Below are positions 1 through 10,976 of a stretch of 64,000 bases of DNA, piece by piece. A model generated the notes under the pieces. The model was not told the origin of the DNA. It did not search any database and saw only the letters and a program-made list of their open reading frames with translations. The position numbers were made by a program, and so were the translations under genes. The stretch is from positions 186,001-250,000 of the forward strand of contig NC_087245.1 of the NCBI RefSeq assembly GCF_037042905.1, in the 5' to 3' direction. Each line of letters starts with the position of its first letter. The stretch's first letter is position 1. The stretch is from Lytechinus pictus. Taxonomy: Eukaryota.

Positions 1-732
1 AACTCTATACTTTCTTACAATGTCACTCTTGATATGTGGCATCTTTTAGATGGGTCAGCAGCCAGTTATTTCCATCAAGATGCAAGACGAGATTTCTGAA
101 ATTTCTGAGTAACATAAAATCCAGAGTTCTGATTGGCTGAATACTGTTTTCAAAACAAACAGGCGCGGGTAATTTGAAGAGATTACCACATGGTGAGTGT
201 GACCTTGCAGAGGCCCAGTGTGGGGAACATTGGAATTTGCGTGGGTGTGTGGTCTATGACCAATCAGAGCGCAGTATTCTTGTTTTTGAGCTGCAAAATG
301 TACTTTGCCTATGAAAAGCTGGCTGCTGACCCATCTAAAATACATCTTCTTATAAAAATTATATCATATTAAAGCTTAGATCTTCAGCTTTATCATGATT
401 TAAAAATCATTTGTGCCTAAACACAAATTAAGTGTGAAAACAACAACTTTTGTTGCATGAAAAAAAAATATTTTGTTTCATGTTTTAGATCAAAAGTTTT
501 TCCTATATTACAAAATTCTTTTAAAAATCCAAACACATGACCTGAAAGAATGATTCTTCTTCTTTACAAAGATACCAAAAACATGAAATTTTGTCAATAT
601 TTAGAGCAGCAATGGCCGAATAAAAAGAGGTGTTTTGGTTCGCACCAAGCTCATTAACTATGCAAAAACTCTCTTGTCATGAATATCACTTGGATAAAGG
701 AAGCTACTTTTTCAGGGCTTGCGGACTGACTG
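1..732 (-). mobile_element. Partial (window edge), diverged copy of the ~1.08-kb CAG-terminated non-autonomous DNA transposon family
   Basis: Reverse complement aligns by eye with 25936-26660. Ends ...GCGGACTGACTG followed by TATA. Confidence 0.8.
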
Positions 733-1632
733 TATATCTCGGGACTCAATGGATTTGGAAGAGTACAATTGAATACTGAATTAGAATTTATGGACAGTCC
801 AGCTGAACTTAAATATTTTTCTATTCTGCTTCTGATTTCCTGTTTTCCGGCTCGCTTGCATTCTTCAGCAACTAGAGAGAGAGAGTGAACAAGTGCAAGA
901 GATAACTGAGCTGTAAGATAAGAGAGTCGTAGAACGAGAGAATTGAGTAAGAGTCTTGAGAGAGCTGTAGTGGGAGTGGTTAGAGTGTGAGAGTCGCAGA
1001 GAGAGGAAAGTTGATAGAGAGATCAGTTAGGGGAGTGGTGAAGAGAGAGTTACGTAAGAGAGAAGATAATGGAAAGCTGAAGAACTTGGATTTGGAATCA
1101 GAATACGCACATTAATTAATTCCATTTTATACCCTAATATTACAGGTGGATTAATTTGGCGCATTGCAACAAAGGTGATAGGACTGATTTGGGGAAGGGA
1201 TTCTCGCCATGTGGTGTTTGAGCCAAGAAGGATATAAAGGGCGTGTGCTCAGTCGGGCGGTGTAGTTCTTTTCGATCACAATTTGTTTCGCTGCTGTAGG
1301 CCATGTCGGTTTAGTTATACTCCATTGTCGGTCGTCTAGTCCAGAGATGCAACATTATTATACTATATCAGCTTATTGATTTGACAGTGATTTGACAAAA
1401 ACATTTTACTTTACTTCATCTCTTCATTTGAACTTGTCATTTCTTGACTCCGATTTTCTTTGTACGTGGGCAGCGCAAGACGGTGAGTGGCCACCGGCCA
1501 TCTTGCAAAGCTCTGCCGCTGCATGTGTTATTGTGCTTCAGCTTGAAATGGCACTGACGGTTTCATAAAAGGGCAAAGCATTGGACCACTGTCGGTGATG
1601 GGGGAAAACGTGAGGGCAGCATAACAACTAGT

Positions 1633-2055
1633 CCCGGGGGGGGGGGGGGGGGGAGTCAAATGTATTGCTGTACACATGCGTGGCCAAATTATTTCCAAAC
1701 ACTCCCTAAACAAGTTTTTAGCGGGCTTTATATACACATTTTTGCCCCTAAACAAGTTGTCGTCAGAATATGACCCTGGGGAAAACCTTGGGTAAAAAAA
1801 CATACCCTAAACACGTTTGGCTTGTCTTTAAAAAAAAAGCTTTGGGAAAAAAAACATACCCTAAATACGTTTGACCCTGCGATTGACCATTGACCAATCT
1901 TTTAAAACTACCCCTTTTTTTAATCTGTGTTTTTGATACCTTTTAACGAGTGAACGTGCGGCCCGCCTTCAAAACTGAAAAAACACCCCTTTAAACGCAT
2001 TTTTTGGTCACCCGTGTGTACAGCAATATATTTGACTGGCCCCCCCCCCCCCGGG
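1633..2055. mobile_element. MITE with CCCGGG(G)n termini and 8-bp TSD
   Basis: TIRs CCCGGGG..GTCAAATGTATTGCTGTACACATGCGTGGCCAAA / TTTGGTCACCCGTGTGTACAGCAATATATTTGACTGGCCCC..GGG. Perfect TSD CAACTAGT at 1625-1632 and 2056-2063. Confidence 0.9.
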
Positions 2056-3692
2056 CAACTAGTGAGGGCAACCGCCTGTCGATGCCTTCAGATAATGTGA
2101 AGGTTAGCTGGGAGTTGGACTTCAGTTTATCTACTTGAGTAAAGGATACAGTTTTCGCATGTTTTCTCTACAGTAAACTGACAACTGAAGTACGTGGGGG
2201 GATTTGCAGGGCCAACTAGTTCCAGTTAAAAGGGGAAACAATGAGACATTTATGCAGAATGACCTATGTAGGAAACTTCCAAGAAATTTGATTTGATTAT
2301 TAAAAAATAAATATGTACCTTCACATAGAGAATGAAAGTATGATGGTTGTTTAAGATCTGCATACATGTGTTCATGCCATTGATCTATTCTATTGATAAT
2401 CTCTTTTCTCCTACTGCAGTGGTTACTACTGTGTAATACTTGGCTGGTGCATTTATTATCTCTTCTTTTATGTGAGTCATGATCTACCTGGAAACTATAA
2501 TGAAAGTTACTCAACTTTTTACAGCTTTACAAATGTAAGTACACACCTTAACTCTAAAAGGACTGGGCTATTTGAGATAATGAGGACTGGGGGGTGGTGG
2601 CCATGATGCCCCCTTCTGATCTTGGCCGCCATTCGCACAATCGCACAGAAATTTGGCATGCACATTCTTTACCACATAAACTACAAGCTAGTACATGTAT
2701 ATAAAAAATTCTGAAAATAATTATTTTTATTTAATATGAATAAAATATGCAAATTTATTCATGAAAAACATTATTTGCATATTTAACATACAATTTCACT
2801 TCAGATTTTCTTGCAGATGCCATCTTTGTAATCTAATTTAAAGGTTTCCACAACGAAAAATTGCGAAAGCCAATATTTTTCTTACATGTATGTATTTCTT
2901 TGTTTTTTCATCTTTTGTTTTTCGTTGTTTTTTTCAATGAAAATTATTACAGACCATTCATACCTTGGTCACATTTGCTCTTCGGCGGGCGTACGGCGGC
3001 CGTAGATACCTGAATTCGAGATATTTCTGTGGCGGCCGCAGTAAATCTGCGGTGGCCACAGGGTCGACGTACAGCGGATTCCTAATTTTTACAGGCCGTA
3101 GAATTTTAACGCGGAGTTATAACATTTTTTCTTTTCTACGCTCGCCGTAGAAATTGGACTAGCCGTAGCCATGGCGTAGAACGGTCTGCGGCGGCCGTAC
3201 GTCGAGTGTACGGTGGTCATGCGGCTGCCTTTGTGTTCTTCCCTCCTGTCCCCTTCTCCTTTTGTGTTATCTGCTTGGGAGGCACCAGGCGCGTATCTAG
3301 GATTTTGCACCTCGGGGGCCTGACCTTTAATTTTATCCCCTGTGTACTTTTCGAAAAAAAAATGGTGCCCCCTCCCTGTCAGGCAAACAGGTGCCTCAAA
3401 TGCACGTTGAATTATCTTATTTCATAATCACATGAAAAAGGGCAACTGCAGACCACTTTTTTAATGATGTGTTGATAAAAAATCAAAATATCCATGAATA
3501 TGATGTAATACCACTTTTTTAAAAGAACAAATGTGACCAGGAAGCATAGATATTTAAGCACTTTCATCAGAGTAAGCCCTACTAGAATTATATGGATGGG
3601 AGCTTTTATTTCTTACCAAGGGTGGATTTAGCTTTCGCCAATAGGGAGGAGGGGGTATTTTCAATGCCATCCATATTTTCCCGATCGGGCGT

Positions 3693-3900
3693 GGGGGCGT
3701 CATGGTATAGTGGTTAAGACTCGTCTTTCAATCAGAGTGACATAGATTCAAATCCAAGCCATTGCGTGTTTTCCTTCAGCAAGAAATTTACTCACATTGT
3801 GCTGCACTCGACCCAGGTCAGGTGAATGCGTACCCGGTAGGAAGAAATTCCTCGAATGCTCGAGCGTTCGATCAAGGTATAGCCGTTCTAAAGCCGGGGT
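3693..3900 (+). mobile_element. tRNA-derived SINE
   Basis: Pol III A box TGGTATAGTGG and B box GATTCAAATCC, followed by a SINE body (CACATTGTGCTGCACTCGACCCAGG..GAATGCGTACC). No tRNA acceptor stem. Confidence 0.75.
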
Positions 3901-4369
3901 CATAAAAACATCATGTTAAGGACGTTCCACAATTAAAGTGAAGTCCATGTCATTTTCACCAAATTTTGCAGAGTTACTTTGGTATCTATGCAGTATGAAA
4001 ATGCCAAAAATAATATAGGTTCATGTGCTTATTTTTTTTCTACGGGTCTTCAAAGTCGCCGTATTTGAATGACATGCAATCTTGCGCAATCAAGAGAATC
4101 ATGCCTCTCTTAGACCTCACGAATTCACCAAATGAGTTTAAATCATCTTTACTCAGTGGATACCGCATCAAACTTCATCAAATTTTCAAGATATAAAACG
4201 AAGTGTATACCAAAGTAAGAGAAAGTCTTTTAATTGGTAAAACTATATCTATTTGGAGTCAGCAGCGCCCTCATTTGGCAAGAATGGTGCAAAAACTCGG
4301 AAAAAACAAATCTTCAAAGACGTGAATCTACTCAAAAATAAAAAAAGTATTTTGTAAGCTGCACTTTTT

Positions 4370-5520
4370 TCAAAATCCATGTAATTTTCATCAAATTCGG
4401 TTAAATTGTAGAGGAATGCATATCGAAGGTGTAGGGACGTTGAAAATATGGGGTCCATGTGCTCGTTTTTTAACTATGAGTGTCCAAAGTGATGCGAGTT
4501 GGCATGAAAATCGCCGATAATGCGTCCAAAACGTGCATAATACCGTCTAAAATGCGAATGGTACCGTAGTTTCACTCCCAAACATTCAAAATCCATGTCA
4601 TTTTCATCATACTCTCCATATTTGTAGAAAAATATATTCTAAAGACATTAAAATATTAAAAATATGGGGTCCATGTGCCCGTTTTTTAACTCTCAGTGTC
4701 CAAAATGATGCGAGTTGGCATGAAAATCGCCGAAAATGCGCCCAAAACGTGCAAAAGTCTAATAATACCATCTATAATCCGAATGGTTCTGTAGTTTTGC
4801 TCCCAAACACTCAAAATCCATGTCATTTTCATCATACTCTCTAGATTTGTAAAGGAATATATTCTGAAGAAGTCAAGATATTCAAACTATGGGGTCCATG
4901 TGATCGTTATCAAACTATCAGTGTCTAACATGTCTAAAGTATTGCGAGTTGGCTTGAAATGCGCCGAAACAAGTAAAAGTCTGATAATACCGTCCAAAAT
5001 GTATAAAATACAAATGGTTCCGTAGTTCTGCTCCCGAACATTCAAAATCCATGTCATTTTCATCATACTCTTTAGATTTGTAGAGGAATATATTTTGAAG
5101 ACATTAAAATATTAAAAATATGGGGTCCATGTGCTCGTTATCAAACTATCAGTGTCTAAAATGTTGCGAATTGGCTTGAAACAGTCTATAATGCGCCTTA
5201 AACGGGCAAAAGTCTAATACCATCCAAAATGTCTAAAATACGAATGTTCCTTAGTCCTGCTCCCAAACATTCAAAATCCATGTCATTTTCATCATACTCT
5301 CTAGATTTGTAGAGGAATATATTTTGGAGAAGTCAAGACATTTAAACTATGGGGTCCATGTGCTCGTTTTCAAATTATCAGTGTCAAAAGTATAGCGAGT
5401 TGCTTGAAACAGCCCAATATGCGCCGAAAACAAGCAAAAGTCTGTTAATACCGTCTAAAATGCGAATGGTTCCGTAGTCTTGCTCCCAAACATTGAAAAT
5501 CCATGTCATTTTCATCATAC
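4370..5520. repeat. Tandem repeat, ~215-235 bp unit, ~5 copies
   Basis: AAAATCCATGTCATTTTCATCA recurs near 4372, 4588, 4813, 5044, 5272 and 5496. Each unit also contains TATGGGGTCCATGTG. Confidence 0.9.
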
Positions 5521-8500
5521 TTTGCACATAGATACTTTATTATTTTCTCTTTCTCTTCTTCTCTTCTCTCCTTATTCCCTTCCTTTTTCTTTCTCTCTTT
5601 CTTTTCTCCCTTTTCCCTTTCTCCTCCTTCCCCCTCCTTTTTTTATCTCCCTTTTCTTTCCCTTTCTTCCCTCCCGCTTTTTGGCCCCCCCTTTTCGCCT
5701 ACCCGGGGGCCCGGGCCCCGAAAGCCCCCCTCCCGCCCAGAATACGCACGTGGGCATGGTATGTACACTTTGGAAACTTTCTGAAATGAAATGTCAAATG
5801 TAAAATATCATGATGAGTGTGACAAGCAATTCATTGTATACTCACTGCATGTATAGTCCCCCTGCGGCCGCCGTGAGTGCGCCTTGCGGCCACCTCGCGT
5901 CTGCCGTAGTATTTGTCAAAAACCTACGGCCAGCGCAGGGTCGCCCTACGGGGACTGTACGTCATGATTTCAAGGACATACGTCAGCCGCAGATTTTCTG
6001 TCTCCATAAATTAAAAAATACACCATGCGGCGACCCTAGAGTCTACGGCGGCCGTAGCAAATGTGACTGAGGTATTAGCAACTAAATTAAACCCTAAATA
6101 AATTAAGCAGACCAATTAGAACGAAAAATAATCACCCTTTTATGAATTTCATCTCCCATAGACTTTGTACACAAAGTATACCGTAAAAATGAGCCATATT
6201 CAGCATGACATTGTCTCTTAAAAAGTCACGTGACGTCGCGATGCTATACCCGTATGTCGCATATTTGGTCTCTCAAGAGTTGCGCGAGACTTCAAAGAAA
6301 AAAATCCTACAATTTTGTGGTGCTATCTTTTTGCTTTTTGGAAATATCGCATGAAACGTTGAGGGGGACCATGATGGCCCCCCCATTCTGTTTTAGGGTT
6401 AATCGTTAAACAGAGGGAGGGGTTGAATCAATCACCCCCCCCCCCTTGACCGTTCCTCTGCGCGAAATTTTTAGACTGTACCGCCTGCTAAGTTTTTACT
6501 TTGAAGTCTTGCGCATCTTTTGGGACCAAATTTACGATGCCCGGGTATGCGGTTAAAAATCACTCAACATTATGTAACTAAGGCCGTGTTTATGCTTCCA
6601 CTTTTCAGGCCAGAATCAGCAATTTCATACGTGATTTCATACGGTTGCGTCCATGCTTCCTTTCATTTAAACGACGTTTCAGAACGCCGATCGTAAGTTT
6701 ACAATAAGGTGCATTTCTAAACGTCGTTTGACCAGAATCAGGCTTTCTGGGAAGTATAAACAGGACCGCAATCGTAAACGTGTTTAAATGACGTCATTTG
6801 GTACATGCTTCCGGTGAGATGAAAATCCGCGGGCAAATGATTTACTCATGAATTAGCATAATTTATCCATATAAATAAAAGTCTGATGATTTAGGAAAAA
6901 ATAACCATACAGTCTATTAGATTACATCCCACACTATTATCATGCCAATTTTCACGGCGTTTGCATGGCCGTGATCTCAAGGGGGGTTGATTCACCCCCC
7001 CCCCCCTCATCAGCTAACACCAAAACCAAAAAATAACCTGGGGCGGTATTCTGAACGCTGTCTTTTCTCAATATTTTGTATCTCAGAGATATGACAGAGT
7101 CGGTATTCTGGTGGATGTCATAACTTTTGTCACAAATATTGTCATAAAGTTTGTCTCATCTCTTTAGCGCGCCAAAAATATCGCGCTTCATTAACGCGCT
7201 TGATTCAAGCGCATTTTTATGCATATTTGGAAAAAAAATTGTCATAAATCGGTATTCTGGTGGATGTCGTAAGTTTTGTCATTTCAAAAGTAATAGAGAT
7301 ACGGCGATCGCGCCTTCTCTTCAATCGCACCCACTCTCTGGAATAGACTTCCTACCCAAATCCGTGATGCTCCTTCTGTGAATGCTTTCAAGAGCAGACT
7401 AAAGACATTTCTGTTTAATTCTTCCTTAATTTCTTAATATCTTTATTATGTGGTACTTAAGTTATTTAAATGTCATTATTATTATGACTATATTATGATG
7501 CATACATTTAAGCAATTTTTGTGTATTCAATGATAGGGCGTAACATTTTCACCTTAGCCCTACTTAAATGAATAGATTGAATTTGAACTGATGTAATAAT
7601 AATACCAGAACATGCTATCAGTAATGTATATAATTATGTTGAACTCAGATTTTTGTAAAGTATTATATACATGTATATTAATTTGTTATTGTAAAGCGCA
7701 TTGAAATGTTGATGTAATGCGCTATATAAATGTAACTTTTATTATTTATTATACCGTATTTATGACAATTATTTGTGACAGGTTCGAGCAGTCATAAATT
7801 TTGTCATTTCTTTGGCTTTGCGTATTAAACTTGTATGCCGATATCATGGCAGCTATATTTCTAACACAGAATGAACTTGCCAGAAGACAACAAGATAGAC
7901 AACGGTTATCCATGTATGATATTCCAGAGGACACATTTCGGAGGAATTATCGTCTGGGATTCAATGATTTCAGATTTCTTTGCGATCTCGTAAGAAATGA
8001 CAACGTCTTTCAAAGGTCTCGAGAAAACACACTCACCGTCGAGCTACAAATGGCAACCACACTTCGGTTTTTGGCAAGCGGCAGCTTTCAGAATGTAGCT
8101 GGCGATGTAGCTGGGATATGTCAGAGCTCACAGAGCCGCTCGATTGCCGCTGTCACTGATTCCATATCTGCAAGAGCGGGTGACTTCATCAATTTTGGAG
8201 GCATGGGTCATCTGCCTCCAAAAAGGCATCATTTGCCGTGATGGCCCAGATGCGGAACACTCTAGGTTGCATAGACTGCACGCATATCGCCATCCGAGCG
8301 CCCAAAGAGAACGAGCATCTGTACGTTAATCGAAAGGATCGACATTCGATCAACATGCAAGCTATCGTTGACCAACAGATGCATTTGACGAACATCGTCA
8401 TCCGATGGCCGGGCTCAACACATGATGCGTTCATTTGGGACAACAGTCAAGTGTACAACGATTTTCGAGAAGGTCAAATCGCTCCTGGTTGGTTGTTGGG

Positions 8501-8793
8501 TAAGGCAAGGTTCTCATTGTTATTTTCAAAAATAATTTTCAATAACATGCCTTGTTTTAAAAGACCAAGGCATTCGGGAATATTATTGCGACAATATGTA
8601 CTATCTGAATCTTTTTTCGAGATTTAATCATTCTATTAGATAAAAAAATATGTATTTACACAATTATAAAATACATGCAGGACTCAAAGACCAAACACAT
8701 TGATTTATTTGTAAAATAGTATTGCTCCATTCAATTCGATATTTGTTCATTTGTATTATTTTTCAAGAACAAAAAAAATCACTTCACTTTTAA

Positions 8794-9377
8794 AGGAGAA
8801 TGAAACCCTTGAAACCAGCTGAATCCATATCAAAGAGAAAAATCAAAGAAACATATTGTTGAAAGTTTGAGGAAGATTGAATGAATAATAAGAAAGTTAT
8901 GAGCATTTGAATATTGAGATCACTAATGCCATGTAGTTCCTCCCATTGGCAATGCGACCAAGATCTGTGATGTCACACACGTACAACTCCCTCATTACTT
9001 TAGTACTTATTTCACTTATATTCTCACTTTTATAGAGTCTATCACAAGGTGAGGTGTTCTCTTTATGAGAGGACAAGTACAGAGGTTTCACAACATTATA
9101 TCATTGATGAATCGTTTGTCATATGATTAGAATGAGCAAAAAGAGATGTTTTGGGGTATATTTTCAGCGTCCAAAAGGGGAGAGTTGTTCATCTGTGACA
9201 TCATAGATCTTGGTCGCATTGCCAATGGGAGGATCTCCATAGCAGTAGTGATGACGACATTCAAATGCTCATAACTCTTCTATTGCTAGTCCTATTTTAC
9301 TCAAAATTTTGTTGATCTTATTCTCTGATTTTTCTGCTTTCACAAAAGCTAACTTGCTCCAAGAGTTTCATTCTCCT
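8794..9377. mobile_element. Kolobok-type MITE in transposase intron 1
   Basis: TTAA TSD. TIR AGGAGAATGAAAC / GTTTCATTCTCCT. Long internal inverted repeat CTCCCATTGGCAATGCGACCAAGATCT. Confidence 0.8.
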
Positions 9378-10145
9378 TTAATATCGAATAACACCCTTGA
9401 CATTGGCACCATCCTGATCAACCGTATTGATCATTGTTGCTTTCTTCTAGGTGACAGCGGATATCCCCTTCAACCTTGGCTGCTCACTCCAATCCCAAGG
9501 CCAGCGAACCCTGCAGAAGTGCGGTTCAATAGAAGTTTGACGAAGACACGAGTGTGTGTAGAGAGGGCCTTTGGTCTACTCAAGTCACGATTCCGTTGCC
9601 TAGATGATTCCGGAGGTATATTGTGCTACCCCATCGAAAGGTAATAGATGAATATATTTTTTCTTTTGTTTTTGAAAGTCGTGTATTAGTTCATCGATTT
9701 CCCAATTTCTTGACTATAATGCAATGGAAATATAGGACAAACTCTAAATCTTCGTCACATTGTGTTTTCCAATGTGCCTCAATTATAACGCAATATATTT
9801 GCCATTATATGTAATCTATGCACACAAAGCATTAAAAATCATCCATTGCTATCATCTTTTTAAAAAATATCTTAACATTATTTTATCACTGCAAAGAATA
9901 GTTAATGATAAAATTTTCTTGGAAATGAATTAAGATATCTGCTAATATTTCCATATTAATCTCGATATTATAAATGTTTAATTTGATTTTTGATATTTTT
10001 TCGATAAGCCTATTAATCGTTCATATTGACTGATTCTTCTTCTATCCTAACATCATTTGTGTTCTTGCATTCTCTGCGGTCTTCTTTGACCTTGCTATTT
10101 TAACTTTAAAACCTCGATTCTCTAACTTTTCACCCTGTGCTCGTA

Positions 10146-10404
10146 CACTCTAAAAAAATATTGGGTAAAAATGCTCCATGAGGGTAATTATGTGTCCAAC
10201 CAACATTGGGCATTTCGTTTGGGCATTTTTATTTATCCAGTGTGATGAACATTGTGCCCATTCTAAAGTAACTGCTGCAAATTTTTAAACCGTACTGGAC
10301 AATATGCTCCCCGCATTTGGTAAAATACATGTACTGCCCTAAATTGGTTGGACACATAATTACCCTCCTGCTGGTTATAATTTTACCCAATATTTTTTAC
10401 GGTG
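10146..10404. mobile_element. TA-flanked palindromic MITE in transposase intron 2
   Basis: TA|CACTCTAAAAAAATATTGGGTAAAA ... TTTTACCCAATATTTTTTACGGTG|TA. Confidence 0.8.
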
Positions 10405-10976
10405 TAATCTCACACTATTTGCCCACTTCTCTACTCCTTCTATCTTTCTCACCTTCGGAATTCTCTCAATATTCATTTCACTTTTATCTTTCTTTCCTTT
10501 GTGTCTTTCTCCTCACTATCAAATTTCCGTTGCCATCTTTCTTTCCTTAATTTCTTTAATCACTATTTAGTTCTCTTTTCCACTTTCTTTTCTTTAAGTA
10601 CCTCCCTCCTCATTATTTCTCTTTGTTTTCTTTCTTTCCTTCGCACTTCGTAAGTAAGTACTTTCTTAATTAACTTCTCTCTCTCTCTCTATTGACAGAA
10701 CATGCAAAATTATTATGACCTGCTGTGTTCTCCACAATGTATGCATCGAGAGACGGATTCCCCTACCCGGAATGGAAGAAGAGTTGAATGAAGAGAACAT
10801 CGCTGATGAACACTTCAAACCTCAACATGTGAACAACCATCATCGTGGAGGACTTGAAGCTCGGAATAGACTAGTTACAACTTGGTTCGCCCAGTGAACA
10901 TTGTATGTAGGCCTGTGCACGCAAAAGAAATGACATCATCTGAATCCAATATGTATGACAGGAAACAATCTTTCAC

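Larger units (their letters stand above)
3286..5752. mobile_element. CA-terminated DNA element with apparent 5-bp TSD (hAT5-like)
   Basis: Termini CAGGCGCGTATCTAGG / CCAGAATACGCACGTG. Flanks GGCAC (3281-3285) and GGCAT (5753-5757). Confidence 0.5.
2961..6074. mobile_element. Harbinger-type MITE interrupted by further insertions
   Basis: TIRs TACCTTGGTCACATTTGCT / AGCAAATGTGACTGAGGTA with repeated CGGCCGTA motifs. 3-bp flanks TCA/TTA. Confidence 0.65.
2552..6398. mobile_element. piggyBac-like non-autonomous element hosting nested insertions
   Basis: TTAA on both sides (2548-2551, 6399-6402). Termini CTCTAAAAG../..TTTTAGGG. Subterminal inverted GGCCATGATGCCCCC / GGGGGACCATGATGGCC. Confidence 0.6.
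7846..10897 (+). pseudogene. Harbinger (HARBI1-like) DDE transposase, 3 coding exons 7846-8499, 9451-9640, 10699-10897; one frameshift near 8220
   Basis: Motifs TLRFLASGSFQ, GCIDCTHI, RWPGSTHDAFIW, GWLLG|DSGYP, VERAFGLLKSRFRCL and TCCVLHN join in frame over GT-AG introns. The frame changes in an A-run at ~8220. Confidence 0.9.

Noticed and set aside
840..1170. LTR plus primer-binding site (TGGCGC at ~1157)
   Set aside because: No second LTR, TSD or gag/pol found, and the PBS match is too short to support.
3693..3770. tRNA gene
   Set aside because: A and B boxes are present but there is no acceptor stem, and the sequence continues into a SINE body.
5480..5803. Hydrophobic and lysine-rich ORFs
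   Set aside because: Translation of a pyrimidine-rich low-complexity tract.
7801..10897. Domesticated host HARBI1 gene
   Set aside because: Enclosed by TIRs and TSD with a Myb/SANT partner, and frameshifted, so it is treated as a transposon.
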